Positions 38,811-48,949 of a stretch of DNA of 64,000 nt are shown piece after piece. The stretch is from contig JADKDV010000011.1 in NCBI GenBank assembly GCA_016718315.1, positions 5,337 to 69,336 of the forward strand. The letters run 5' to 3'. Each line of letters begins with the position of its first letter. The first letter of the stretch is position 1. This stretch comes from Candidatus Obscuribacter sp. GTDB lineage: Bacteria > Cyanobacteriota > Vampirovibrionia > Obscuribacterales > Obscuribacteraceae. Position numbers and translations under genes: made by a program. Under the pieces are notes generated by a model. It saw nothing but the letters and a program-made list of their open reading frames with translations, did not search any database and was not told the DNA's origin.

Positions 38811-39083
38811 CTATTGCTGCTTTGATAGCAAAAATTTGTTGACCGACCATTTGAAAGTAAAGTAAGAAACTGGCAGACCAGCGAGAAAGCCTGCTATTGC
38901 GCCAATTGGCTGCACAATTGTGCGGATTTCGTTGAGTGAATGGCCCGATGAACCCAGCGCAACTCCAATGATTGCACCCAGGGTGCCACCAGCCAAAAAG
39001 CCGGCTATCGCACTACCGAGTACGTTGACGCCGGTGTATATAAGCCAAGACTTGAGATATGGCACTTTCGTTACTTCAGGCAT
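38811..39083 (-). CDS. Small membrane protein with Gly-zipper helices
   Basis: GSAIAGFLAGGTLGAIIGVALG and GAIAGFLAG segments. Confidence 0.45.
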   Translation of the reverse strand: MPEVTKVPYLKSWLIYTGVNVLGSAIAGFLAGGTLGAIIGVALGSSGHSLNEIRTIVQPIGAIAGFLAGLPVSYFTFKWSVNKFLLSKQQ

Positions 39084-39153
39084 TGTTTACACCTCTAATG
39101 ATTGCTATCTGGTTTGTGTCGGGATGCCTGTGCCGACAATTTTAACAGGCCCA

Positions 39154-39561
39154 TTAGCGCATTAATAATCCGAGCCCTGGCATCAAGCAAAGCATCCAAG
39201 CTATGGTTGACCACATGATTACTCTAAAATTGGCTGCCCAGGCCCAGCGCCATCTGTTTGTAGCGCTGACTTCAGGGACGATTTTGCTGGCAATATAGGC
39301 GTGCATGCCCAGCGCCAGGACGTAATAAATAGGTATATTGATAAAGCTCCAGAGCGGTACATATAAACTGATCGGACCACAGATGCACACCGAGCACCAG
39401 GTGCAGCACATGGCGAGGTAACTAGCTTGTCGCTGGTCGATTTTTAGCATGCGCTCGGCGCTGCGCCCGCTCAGTGTCAAGCCGAGAATTAACAGTGATA
39501 AAAGCCAAGGCCAGACACATGGCAGCACTGCAGCTAGGTATTGCGTGAAGTCCATTATCAA
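39154..39561 (-). CDS. Integral membrane hypothetical protein
   Basis: Four hydrophobic helices. Confidence 0.4.
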   Translation of the reverse strand: MIMDFTQYLAAVLPCVWPWLLSLLILGLTLSGRSAERMLKIDQRQASYLAMCCTWCSVCICGPISLYVPLWSFINIPIYYVLALGMHAYIASKIVPEVSATNRWRWAWAANFRVIMWSTIAWMLCLMPGLGLLMR

Positions 39562-39848
39562 TTCTTGTCTGCCGCCTTAACGATAGATGTCATAGGAGTG
39601 TACTCACACTGTTTGAAGCCAACTTTGTCATGCTAAGAGGCGCTGTAAAAACTGTGCTCTAACGACAGACAGTTGGTTAAGTGTTCGGAGGCAGAATGAG
39701 CTAAGGATATCGTGACTTGCAAAATGCAAGTTGAATGCGTATGATGTTATGAGCCTGGTTTTTACCCATCTATTTAATTGTTTGTTTGTTTTCCGTCTCT
39801 CGGTCCTCTCTTTCTTTCTTACTTTCTTCTCGTGTCGCGTGGTGGTCT

Positions 39849-40361
39849 ATGTTGCAATCCAAACTTTTAATTCGCCCTGGTACACTTGCTGAGAGACCAC
39901 AAGTGGCTGCTGTCACCAGGCAGGCTTATGCTGACTATGCTAGTACTTCGGATCCTGAGTTTTGGCAACAGTATCAGGACTCAACCGAGCAGACCTTGCT
40001 ATATGACGATGCTGTGCTGCGTCTGGTCGCTCTCGGAGGTGACGAGATAGTTGGCACCGTGCTGCTTTGTCCGCCCTACCAAATGTCGATGGGTGGTAAG
40101 GTCGTCACAAATCCTTATCCTGAGATGCGCTTGTTAGCTGTCTTGCCAGGTCACCGGGACTCAGGCATTGGTGCTCAGATAATCAACGATTGTGAGCGGC
40201 GCACCAGGGATGATGGCTATAGTGCAATCACCTTGCACACCACGGTGCTGATGCAGACAGCCAAGGCAATGTATGAGCGTCGGGGTTATGTCCGCTATCC
40301 TGAGATTGATTTTGAGCCAGTGCCAGGTTTTGTGGTCTGGGGCTATATCAAGCAATTTTAG
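39849..40361 (+). CDS. GNAT-family N-acetyltransferase
   Basis: LAVLPGHRDSGIGAQII is the acetyl-CoA-binding R/QxxGxG/A motif. I prefer ATG 39849 to the ORF-track start at 39786, which lies in a CT-rich tract. Confidence 0.7.
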   Translation: MLQSKLLIRPGTLAERPQVAAVTRQAYADYASTSDPEFWQQYQDSTEQTLLYDDAVLRLVALGGDEIVGTVLLCPPYQMSMGGKVVTNPYPEMRLLAVLPGHRDSGIGAQIINDCERRTRDDGYSAITLHTTVLMQTAKAMYERRGYVRYPEIDFEPVPGFVVWGYIKQF

Positions 40362-42238
40362 AGATCGTGAATTACTTTAGGCGGTATTGCCGCTCTCAGG
40401 GCGTTTAAAACCGAGAGGATATCGATAATCTCTTGCAAAATTGCGCCGTTTACAGGACTTAGATGTCCTGTTGCCGCAAAACCCATGCCGATAAGACTGA
40501 GGACCATACCTCCAACGGCACTTTGCAAAGCGATTATGCGCATGCGTCTTGCTATGTGCATAAACTCATCCACTTTCTCAAGTGAATTGTCCATTATTAC
40601 AACACCGGCAGCTTCAGCTGTGACATCGCTGTTTTGTCCGATGGCCATGCCTACGGTGGCTGCCATCATTGACGGTGCGTCATTGATACCATCGCCCACA
40701 TAAAGGGTTTTGGCTGCCGCTGTTTCTTTGCGCACAATAGCTAGTTTTTCTTCTGGGCTCTTTTGCGCATATGTCTCGGTTATACCTACTTGTTCTGCCA
40801 GATACTGTACCTCCGACTCCCTGTCACCAGAGAGGATCATGACGCGCTCGATGTCATGCTTAGGACCGAGATGTCTGACAAAAGTACTGCTCTCCGCCCG
40901 TGGTGCATCTCTAAATCTGAGAGCGGCGGCATATTTGCCGTCGATAACAGCGATACATTCCAAACCGCCTGCTACCGGTGGTAACTCGGCTAAGTTATCG
41001 GGATTTTGTTTGATCAATTGTTTGCGACTGGTGATTTGGACCAGGTGACCATCCACTGTACCGCTCAGTCCCTGACCTGGTGGCTCGCTTACTGCGCTAG
41101 CTTGTGGCACAAAGAGTTTTTGCTCTTTGGCGGCCTCTGTTATAGCGCGTCCCAGTGGATGTTTGGAGTAGCCCTCGAGACTGGCTACAAGTGTCAGCAC
41201 ACGCTTTTGTTCAAAGCCAGTGGCGACCAGTTGCTCAGTTAGTTTGGGCTCACCATAGGTAAGTGTGCCGGTTTTATCAAATATCGCCGTGCGGCACTGG
41301 GCAATTTGCTCCAGTACCACAGGACTCTTGACGATAATTGCTCGGCGAGCACAAAGGGAGATAGAGCCAATTATCGCTATCGGTATCGCTATAAGCAGTG
41401 GGCAGGGTGTGGCAATTACCAGCACTGCCAAAAATCTAATAGCATCTCCACTGAGCGCCCAGGCTCCAAAAGCCACAGCTAGTGCTATGGGGGTATAGAT
41501 TGTTCCGAGCTGATCGCCGAGGCGTCTGAGATTAGGGCGTTTGTCTTCTGACTCGCGCATTACTTCCATAATTTTGGCGTAGCGAGAGTCCGCTGCAATT
41601 TTGGTTGTATTGATTGTTAGAGCCGACTCGCCGTTTATGGCGCCTGATATAACAGTGGAGCCTTTTGTTTTGGTGATTTTAAATGGCTCGCCAGTGAGGT
41701 AAGACTCGTCCATGACGCCGTGACCAGATAGCACCACGCCGTCTACTGGGCAGATGTCGTGTGGATAAATTACTAGTGTGTCGCCTACTACGACATCTTT
41801 GAGGCTAATATCACTGATGGTGCCATCGATTTGTTTGTGTGCCACTGATGGTACTCTTTTGGCTAGTGCTGCCAGTACTGATGAGGCACTGCGCAGAGCG
41901 TAGCGCTCCAGAGCTTCTCCGCCAGAGAGCATTAATACTATGATAGAGCCAGCTAGGTATTCTCCAAGCAATACTGAAGTGACTATTGCTATGCCACCGA
42001 GTAAGTCTGAGCCAAAGTCCCGCTTGAGCATTTTGGCTATTAACTCTGCCAGTAGTGGCAGTCCACCAACAGCCAGTATGGCAATCAGTGGCAGCTGGTA
42101 CGTTGCTGCCTGGGTGCCCATGGCAAAGCGCAGTATCAAATGTAGTGCTATGGCTAATATCGATAAGGCTGCGACAATTGTTGATTTGTGCTGCCATAAC
42201 CTCACCCTTAAGGGCACTATTGCCGGATGATCTGTCAA
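40358..42238 (-). CDS. P1B-type heavy-metal P-type ATPase without an N-terminal metal-binding domain; TM motif TPCP
   Basis: DKTGTLT, GDGINDAP and TGEP are present. The membrane motif is ATPCPLLIAIP. No HMA (GMxCxxC) domain is present. Confidence 0.8.
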   Translation of the reverse strand: MTDHPAIVPLRVRLWQHKSTIVAALSILAIALHLILRFAMGTQAATYQLPLIAILAVGGLPLLAELIAKMLKRDFGSDLLGGIAIVTSVLLGEYLAGSIIVLMLSGGEALERYALRSASSVLAALAKRVPSVAHKQIDGTISDISLKDVVVGDTLVIYPHDICPVDGVVLSGHGVMDESYLTGEPFKITKTKGSTVISGAINGESALTINTTKIAADSRYAKIMEVMRESEDKRPNLRRLGDQLGTIYTPIALAVAFGAWALSGDAIRFLAVLVIATPCPLLIAIPIAIIGSISLCARRAIIVKSPVVLEQIAQCRTAIFDKTGTLTYGEPKLTEQLVATGFEQKRVLTLVASLEGYSKHPLGRAITEAAKEQKLFVPQASAVSEPPGQGLSGTVDGHLVQITSRKQLIKQNPDNLAELPPVAGGLECIAVIDGKYAAALRFRDAPRAESSTFVRHLGPKHDIERVMILSGDRESEVQYLAEQVGITETYAQKSPEEKLAIVRKETAAAKTLYVGDGINDAPSMMAATVGMAIGQNSDVTAEAAGVVIMDNSLEKVDEFMHIARRMRIIALQSAVGGMVLSLIGMGFAATGHLSPVNGAILQEIIDILSVLNALRAAIPPKVIHDL

Positions 42239-42320
42239 TTTTTGTACTTCTCTAATATTGGTGCGATCGTTGTTTTTGCGCGTGGGCAGCTCATGGATGT
42301 CGCCAATACTTCAAGCTTCA

Positions 42321-43505
42321 TTATGCCTCCATCAGCATTTTGGTTTGGGTGTTCTTTTGGCACATGGAGAGAATTATTTCAGCGATTTCGTAGACTGCTT
42401 CTGTGCGATTTAGATTGTATTTGGTTGGTAGCGGCAAGCTCTCTCTGTTTACCTGGTGCTCCAGAGTCTCCACGATAGCAACAATGTCATAGGGATGGTT
42501 GATGGGTCTGGCTAAATTGGTCTCTATGAGCATTTGTGCAGTGCCGGCCTCTTGGGGCATAGGTTCAGTTAATTGATCGATTGCCATAGGCAGCCTGCGT
42601 GCCACTGCTTCAAATGTAGTTAAGCCACCAGCTTTAGTGACCAGTAAATCACAGGCACTCATGGCATCCGAGAGCGAGGGCAATTCTGGTAGCACTTTTG
42701 TAGCAAATGGCATCTGTGTTGACAAAAGCTGGATTTCCTCAAAGAGTTCTTCGTTTTTGCCGCACACTACCAGCACCTGGATCGCTTTACGCACATCGCC
42801 CAACGCTTGATATATTTTAGCAATACTTCCACCGCCGGCCCAACCTGCTGATAGGCAGATTGTAAGCAAGTCAGGACTCAAGCCCAGCTCGCTGAGCAGA
42901 CTCTCGCGACTTTGTATTGGGGCATGTAAAAAGCGCGGATCTACAGGCATGCCAATAGTCACTATTTTGTTAGCGTCAACTCCCAGTTGTTCCAGTCTCT
43001 CTTGTGCCAGTATGTTTGGCGCCACCGTGAGAGCTGCGCCTTTGCAAGCCCAGCCTGTCCACAAGTTGGCATTAGGATCGACGACCACCACCATGAGGTC
43101 TGGTTTGTGAGTGAGATTGACTGCCTGCATCGCTCTGGCTAGATAATGATTAGTCATCGGATGGACTGAGACGACAAGTGCTGGATCGGTCTTGACGAGG
43201 AGCCGCTTAACTACGCCAGATGCCAGCCAGTATCCTATCGATGAGTTATCTGGTTTAAACTGCTCAATCAAAGCGATGTAGTATTTCATCCAGCTTTGTT
43301 TGTGACGCAACAAAAAATTGTATAGAAAGACAAAAAAGGTATGAATCGGGTTGGTATGTTCGATTACGTCGGCGATAACTACCTGGTAAGGATTTGCTGC
43401 ATGCTGTTTGGCTGTTATTTCTTCTAACGCCGCCTTGAGAGCGTTGGCTGCGCTGTGATGTCCGCCGCCGGTGTTTGAAACACAGATCAGAATATTATTG
43501 CTCAT
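42321..43505 (-). CDS. Glycosyltransferase, MGDG-synthase/UgtP-like (GT28-type)
   Basis: The N-terminal ILICVSNTGGGHHSAANAL is typical of the diacylglycerol glycosyltransferase family. The C-terminal GT-B half has KAGGLTTFEA. Confidence 0.65.
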   Translation of the reverse strand: MSNNILICVSNTGGGHHSAANALKAALEEITAKQHAANPYQVVIADVIEHTNPIHTFFVFLYNFLLRHKQSWMKYYIALIEQFKPDNSSIGYWLASGVVKRLLVKTDPALVVSVHPMTNHYLARAMQAVNLTHKPDLMVVVVDPNANLWTGWACKGAALTVAPNILAQERLEQLGVDANKIVTIGMPVDPRFLHAPIQSRESLLSELGLSPDLLTICLSAGWAGGGSIAKIYQALGDVRKAIQVLVVCGKNEELFEEIQLLSTQMPFATKVLPELPSLSDAMSACDLLVTKAGGLTTFEAVARRLPMAIDQLTEPMPQEAGTAQMLIETNLARPINHPYDIVAIVETLEHQVNRESLPLPTKYNLNRTEAVYEIAEIILSMCQKNTQTKMLMEA

Positions 43506-43798
43506 ACTTTACGCTCCATCCGTGAGGATTGAGCGTTTTGACTCTGTCTATGTGCGTCAATAGCCCACAAGTGCATGACTGAGCTATTCACTATAAGGTC
43601 CCGAGAGCAGCAAACTATTTGCTGATAGCACAGCATTTAACAATTGACCGTTGCTATCGTCCGCTTAAATAATCGGTGTCGGGCGCCAATTGGTAACAAT
43701 ACTGGCGTTTTGGGAACCAACTGCTGGTCTTACTTGCCTGTACTGATACTAGCCGACCGCTGTTTGGTTAGACAACTTACACGCAGGTACTGTCCTTA

Positions 43799-44272
43799 AT
43801 GCTCAAATTTGTCAACTTGTTACTTGCTTCGCTTTTTATGGTGTTGACTTGTTATGTCGGCTACAACTACGTCATAGACAAGCACCTGTCTTTAGAGTCA
43901 AAGAAGTGGCCTCAGTCTGTGGCCACTATACAGTCGTCTCAAATCCGTATCGCACAGCGCGGAGGCAATGTTGCCTTGTACGTGCCCAATGTCACCTATC
44001 AATTTAGGGTCAACGAGAACTTGTATGGTGGCAGTAATGTTAGTTATCCCAATCCTCGTGATATCGATCAGGATGTCGCCGACCTGTATACAAAAAAATA
44101 TCAAAAAGGTCTTAGAGTATACGTTTCATACAATCCGCTTAAACCCTCCGAAAACTGCATTGAGCCCGGGGAGAGTTCTACACTCAACCACGAGTTATAT
44201 TGGGCTCTGGGATTTTTTGCAGCTGCTATGTTGATACTGTTTTTGAATAAAGAACACTTTTCTACAACTTAG
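43799..44272 (+). CDS. DUF3592-like membrane protein
   Basis: An N-terminal TM helix, a beta-rich middle (WPQSVATI...YVPNVTYQF) and a C-terminal TM helix give the DUF3592 topology. Confidence 0.45.
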   Translation: MLKFVNLLLASLFMVLTCYVGYNYVIDKHLSLESKKWPQSVATIQSSQIRIAQRGGNVALYVPNVTYQFRVNENLYGGSNVSYPNPRDIDQDVADLYTKKYQKGLRVYVSYNPLKPSENCIEPGESSTLNHELYWALGFFAAAMLILFLNKEHFSTT

Positions 44273-44981
44273 CGAATATAAAAACGAGTGTGCACACCAC
44301 CGAGCAAAAGAGCGTCAGCGCAATCGAAAACGCTGTGCCCAGGCTAAAAGCCACTGGAGCGTAGTCCTTTACTTTTATGCCAAACCACTGTCTGGCAACT
44401 GTTTCAGATATAGCGCCAGCGGTGTAGCAGACATTTGCCATAAAGGCATAGAACAATACGCCGAAGGTGATAAATCCTAATGACTCGTGCGCTAGTAGCA
44501 ATAAAAACACACCAGGTAGTCCGCACATGCCGACAACGATGTTATAGATAACGCGTCTTGTTTCCCACCAGAGCAAAATGGATAGCATGTTGCGCGGCTC
44601 AGCAGGTGTTGTTACCAGCGGACCAAATAGTTTGAGGCTTTTGGCTTTGCCTTTGGCCTTAGAGACAAATTCCAAATTGGAGCAAATTTCATGGATTTGC
44701 TCTGGGCTCATTTCTTCCAGGCGCTTGATAAATTCGTCAGCTTCCAGGGCAAATACAGCTTCAGCATTGACTGCTTCGGGCTTGGCCGACTCTGGCTTTA
44801 GGACTTCGGTCTTCACCAATTCAGACTTTACCAATTCAGACTTCATCAATTCAGGCTTTACCAATTCTGCCTTTGGCATCGCGGGCTCGGTCTTTATATC
44901 CGCGCTTTTTGTCGGTTCGGTCAGGTTCAGTTTGAGTTTTAGTTGGTGCTCGTTTATAGCTTCGTCCACAGTTTGTACCAT
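44262..44981 (-). CDS. Hypothetical membrane protein with KSELV/KPE pentapeptide repeats
   Basis: I prefer ATG 44981 (MVQTVDEAINEH); the ORF track starts at 45134. The repeat region is KPELMKSELVKSELVKTEVLKPESAKPEAV, and the C-terminus has three to four TM helices. Confidence 0.5.
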   Translation of the reverse strand: MVQTVDEAINEHQLKLKLNLTEPTKSADIKTEPAMPKAELVKPELMKSELVKSELVKTEVLKPESAKPEAVNAEAVFALEADEFIKRLEEMSPEQIHEICSNLEFVSKAKGKAKSLKLFGPLVTTPAEPRNMLSILLWWETRRVIYNIVVGMCGLPGVFLLLLAHESLGFITFGVLFYAFMANVCYTAGAISETVARQWFGIKVKDYAPVAFSLGTAFSIALTLFCSVVCTLVFIFAKL

Positions 44982-45136
44982 CTCACCGCTATTACACCAG
45001 ACTAGCAAACTTTTTGCCCGGCGCCTCTTTGCCCTGGCAGTGTTTGCTTTGATTTTGCTTGCAAGCGACAGATAAAGGTACAATTTAACCGTAATTTGAC
45101 CTTTTAACTTCCATCTTTCGTTTGAGTAAATCACAT

Positions 45137-46075
45137 ATGATGACTACGCGTCGTTTGTTTTTGAGCTATTTTGCCACTGTTGGTGGTGCGCTTATGCTGG
45201 GCGACTGCTCCAGTCTGGCGCGCTCCCTGGCGCAGGTCGATGCTGGTAAGTCGACGGATGCAAATGCAAAGACGCTGGGCGACAATGAGTTTAAAGGGCA
45301 GGCCATCTTTAGCCGGATTGTCACCAAAGCCAAAAAGGAGCACTGGAGCGAGCTTGCCACCGGTGCTTTGATGGGCAAAGTGGCGTTAGAGTTGGTCGGT
45401 ACGCCTTATGTGGCTGGTACTTTGGATAGAGATAGTGCGCACGAGCGTTGCAGTGTTGATTTGACCGGTCTTGATTGTGTCACCTTTTTTGAGACCACAC
45501 TTGCTTTTGCTCGTATGCTCAAAAAGGGTGGAGATAAGCCTGTTGATCTGTTGCGCGAGGTGACAAACACTCGCTATCGTGGCGGTAGATTAGATGGTTA
45601 TGCATCGCGATTGCACTATACAAGCGACTGGCTCTATGACAACGAACAAAAAGGTGTGGTCAAAGTGCTCTCTGACCTGCCAGGTGCTGAGCCGTTTAAG
45701 CAAAAAGTCAGCTTTATGTCAGCGCATCCAGCCAGCTATAAGGCACTTACTGCCCATCCGGAGCTGGTGGCAAAACTAAAAGCGCAGGAAGCTGCTATCA
45801 ACAGTCGACAGATGCAATATATACCGCTCGATAAGATTGCTGCCATCGAGCCTCTGCTAAAGACCGGAGATATTGTCGGTGTCTGTACTAATTTGGCTGG
45901 GCTGGATATTGTCCATACCGGTATCGTGTTTTGCGATGACAAAGGGGTCGCGCATTTTATGGATGCTACTTCCAAAAAGTCTAAAATGCAGGTTGTAATT
46001 GAGCCCGGACCACTTAGTCAAGCGCTGCGCTGGTCCAACACCTTGACTGGTGCAATGTTTGCTCGACCGCTATAG
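45137..46075 (+). CDS. DUF1460-like (amidase-like) protein with a twin-arginine-type signal
   Basis: MMTTRRLFLSYFATVGGALML resembles a Tat signal. GTPYVAGTLD...LDCVTFFETTLA resembles DUF1460. Confidence 0.5.
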   Translation: MMTTRRLFLSYFATVGGALMLGDCSSLARSLAQVDAGKSTDANAKTLGDNEFKGQAIFSRIVTKAKKEHWSELATGALMGKVALELVGTPYVAGTLDRDSAHERCSVDLTGLDCVTFFETTLAFARMLKKGGDKPVDLLREVTNTRYRGGRLDGYASRLHYTSDWLYDNEQKGVVKVLSDLPGAEPFKQKVSFMSAHPASYKALTAHPELVAKLKAQEAAINSRQMQYIPLDKIAAIEPLLKTGDIVGVCTNLAGLDIVHTGIVFCDDKGVAHFMDATSKKSKMQVVIEPGPLSQALRWSNTLTGAMFARPL

Positions 46076-46217
46076 CTAATTGACTCTTTATACATGCAGC
46101 TGGTGGCAATTATTGCTGCTGGTGCTTGCCATGCTCTTGTAAGCTCCCTGTGTTAATGACGGAGTCTGGGAGATGGTGTAGTCTCAGTAGTCGCAGTATA
46201 TAAGGACTCGCTACCAT

Positions 46218-48605
46218 ATGAAACACTGGAGTATCTCTTTACTGGTCGGACTGCAACTCAGTGCTTTATCACTACCAGCAGTACCAGGCGGGATGTTACC
46301 AGCGCAAGCTCGAGCCAATAAGACCGAACAGACAAGCGCTAAAGATCTAAACGAATCTAAAGAGTCTAAAGAGTCGAAAGCCACTAAAGAGTCCAAAGAG
46401 ACTAAAGAGTCCAAGAAATCTAAAGCAATACCTGCCACAACAAAATCCAGTAGCTCTAAGTTTTACACAATTGAGCCGCTGCTCATGTATCAACCTGCGC
46501 CTAAAAGCGCTAAAGAGCAGTTTATAAGTGCGCTGATGGCTAAGATGACTCTTGACGAAAAGCTCGGTCAGCTCAATTTGCTCTCTATCGGTGCCGATGT
46601 TACTGGACCAATACTGAGTCAGGGGGTTGAAGAAAAAATTGCCTCAGGAGCGGTAGGCGGAGTCTTTAACTTGATTGGTCCTTCATCTGTGCGCAAGATG
46701 CAAGACCTTGTGATGCAAAAGTCGCGTCTCAAAATTCCTTTGATTTTTGGCTACGATGTCATCCATGGACATCGCACGATATTTCCTGTCCCGCTTGGTC
46801 TGGCCACATCCTGGGACATGGATTTGATTAAGCAGACTGCCAGTGCTGCCGCTAACGAAGCCACTGCTGATGGTCTCAACTGGACTTTTAGTCCGATGGT
46901 TGACATTGCCCGCGACCCCCGCTGGGGACGTGTCTGTGAAGGTGCTGGCGAAGATACCTATTTGGGTAGTGAGATTGCCAGGGCGATGGTGCGTGGCTAT
47001 CAGGGCGACAACTATAGCGGCAATGACAAACTCATGGCTTGTGTCAAACACTTTGCCCTCTATGGTGCTGCCGAAGCCGGGCGCGATTACAACACTGTGG
47101 ACATGAGCCGCGTGCGTATGTTTAACGAGTACTTGCCACCATATAAGGCGGCAGTCGATGCTGGTGTGGCATCTGCCATGACCAGTTTTAACGAGATTGA
47201 TGGCATGCCATCTAGCGGTAACAAGTGGCTATTGACCAATCTCTTGCGTCAATGGTGGGGCTTTAGTGGCTTTGTGGTGACCGACTACACTGCTATTACT
47301 GAGATGATGTTGCACGGTGTCGGGGATGACAAAAAGGTAACTGAGCTGGCTCTCAATGCCGGTGTCGACATGGATATGGTCGGTGAGTTGTTTACCAAAT
47401 ACGGTAGCTCACTTGTTAGCACAGGCAAAGTCACTGAGGGTCAAGTCGATGCTGCTTGCCGGCACATACTGGAGGCCAAGTACGATCTTGGTCTATTTAC
47501 CGACCCCTACAAATTTATCGATGAATCCAGACCAAAAGCTCAGATCATGAGTGCTGAAAAGCTGGCGCTGAGCCAAACTGCTGCTAGCAAAAGTATGGTA
47601 CTGCTTAAAAACAACAATCAAGTTTTGCCTTTAAACCCTCAAAAAAAGATAGCTTTTATCGGTCCGCTGGTAAAAGATCAGCGCAATTTGCTCGGTAGTT
47701 GGAGCGCTAACGGTCAGGGGCGTGAGGCTCAGAGTATTTGGGATGCGCTCAGCCAAAAGTTTGGCGAAGGCAAATTTGAATACTCAAAGGGCTGCAATTT
47801 ACTTGATGACAAAGAAATGATCGAGAAGCTCAATCATGACGGTGGAGAACTGACTTGTGATAGTCGCACTCCGCAAGAAATGATCAAAGAAGCCGTGGCA
47901 CTCGTAAGTAAGTCGGACGTGGCAGTCGTTGTTTTGGGTGAGCCCTTTTGTATGAGCGGCGAGGCTGCTAGTCGTAGCATGATTGGTCTATTTGAAAATC
48001 AAGTCAACCTGCTTAAAGCTCTCAAAGAAACCGGTAAGCCAGTTGCACTTGTGCTAATGAACGGACGTCCGCTAACACTGACCTGGGAAGACAAAAATCT
48101 CGATGCTATCCTTGAGGCTTGGTACGGCGGTACCAAAGCTGGTGGTGCCATCGTTGATGTCTTATTTGGCGATGTTAATCCATCTGCTCGTTTGACTATG
48201 AGCTTCCCCCGTAACGAGGGGCAAATACCAATCTATTACAATGCCAAAAGCACTGGACGCCCTGTGGTGCCTGGTGAAAAATACCACTCACAGTATCTCG
48301 ATGTCTCTAACGATCCACTCTATCCATTCGGTTATGGGCTGAGCTACACAGACTTTAAATATAGTGACGTGGCATTAAACAAAAGCACTCTGGCACCGGG
48401 TGAAAAACTCACAGTTACAGCCACCGTTAGCAATACCGGTAAAGTGGCCGGGATAGAGACTGTGCAGCTATATATCAGGGATCTGGTGGGCAGTATTACG
48501 CGCCCAGTCAAAGAACTAAAAGGCTTTAGACGTATTGAGCTAGCACCCGGTGAGAGCAAGGTTGTATCTTTTGAATTGTCCAGCGAAGATTTGCGCTTTT
48601 TATAA
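46218..48605 (+). CDS. bglX: Periplasmic beta-glucosidase, GH3 (BglX); C-terminal ~35 codons shifted into another frame (continues to 48708)
   Basis: GH3 motifs are present (GYDVIHG, SPMVDIARDPRWGR, GFVVTDY). After a T5 run (48597-48601) the conserved tail YNQELNFKAEPGAFKVFVGPNSRDVKEAQFELLDK is read in the +1 frame, ending at 48708. Confidence 0.9.
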   Translation: MKHWSISLLVGLQLSALSLPAVPGGMLPAQARANKTEQTSAKDLNESKESKESKATKESKETKESKKSKAIPATTKSSSSKFYTIEPLLMYQPAPKSAKEQFISALMAKMTLDEKLGQLNLLSIGADVTGPILSQGVEEKIASGAVGGVFNLIGPSSVRKMQDLVMQKSRLKIPLIFGYDVIHGHRTIFPVPLGLATSWDMDLIKQTASAAANEATADGLNWTFSPMVDIARDPRWGRVCEGAGEDTYLGSEIARAMVRGYQGDNYSGNDKLMACVKHFALYGAAEAGRDYNTVDMSRVRMFNEYLPPYKAAVDAGVASAMTSFNEIDGMPSSGNKWLLTNLLRQWWGFSGFVVTDYTAITEMMLHGVGDDKKVTELALNAGVDMDMVGELFTKYGSSLVSTGKVTEGQVDAACRHILEAKYDLGLFTDPYKFIDESRPKAQIMSAEKLALSQTAASKSMVLLKNNNQVLPLNPQKKIAFIGPLVKDQRNLLGSWSANGQGREAQSIWDALSQKFGEGKFEYSKGCNLLDDKEMIEKLNHDGGELTCDSRTPQEMIKEAVALVSKSDVAVVVLGEPFCMSGEAASRSMIGLFENQVNLLKALKETGKPVALVLMNGRPLTLTWEDKNLDAILEAWYGGTKAGGAIVDVLFGDVNPSARLTMSFPRNEGQIPIYYNAKSTGRPVVPGEKYHSQYLDVSNDPLYPFGYGLSYTDFKYSDVALNKSTLAPGEKLTVTATVSNTGKVAGIETVQLYIRDLVGSITRPVKELKGFRRIELAPGESKVVSFELSSEDLRFL

Positions 48606-48760
48606 TCAAGAGCTCAATTTTAAGGCTGAGCCGGGAGCTTTTAAGGTCTTTGTTGGTCCTAATAGCCGTGACGTAAAAGAGGCACAGTTTGAGCTTTTGG
48701 ATAAATAAAGGTACTTAGTCCAGTAATTAAGCCGCGACAAACATGTAAATCATGATAAGA

Positions 48761-48790
48761 GCGTAACTATCGGTTACGCGCTTTGTGTGC
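48761..48790 (+). terminator. Candidate intrinsic terminator downstream of bglX
   Basis: GCGTAAC-TATCG-GTTACGC forms a perfect 7-bp stem (48761-48779), followed by GCTTTGTGTG, which is only weakly U-rich. Confidence 0.35.
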
Positions 48791-48949
48791 GCTTACTTTG
48801 CCGGTGGTTATCAGTCTTGCGATTGTTAGTCAGGCTGTTGCCAGTCAGGCGGTTATCAATCCGGCGGCTGAGCAGACTTGGTCAAAGGGCTGATGTGACC
48901 AAGGTTTTACCGCGTTACATTGTATTTGTACAGATGGCGACCCGCTATC

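Noticed and set aside
39716-39840. Hairpin ACTTGCA-aaa-TGCAAGT and a long CT-rich tract upstream of the GNAT gene, as a possible regulatory RNA.
   Set aside because: These are isolated structures with no recognisable family. The CT tract only explains why the ORF track extends the GNAT ORF upstream.
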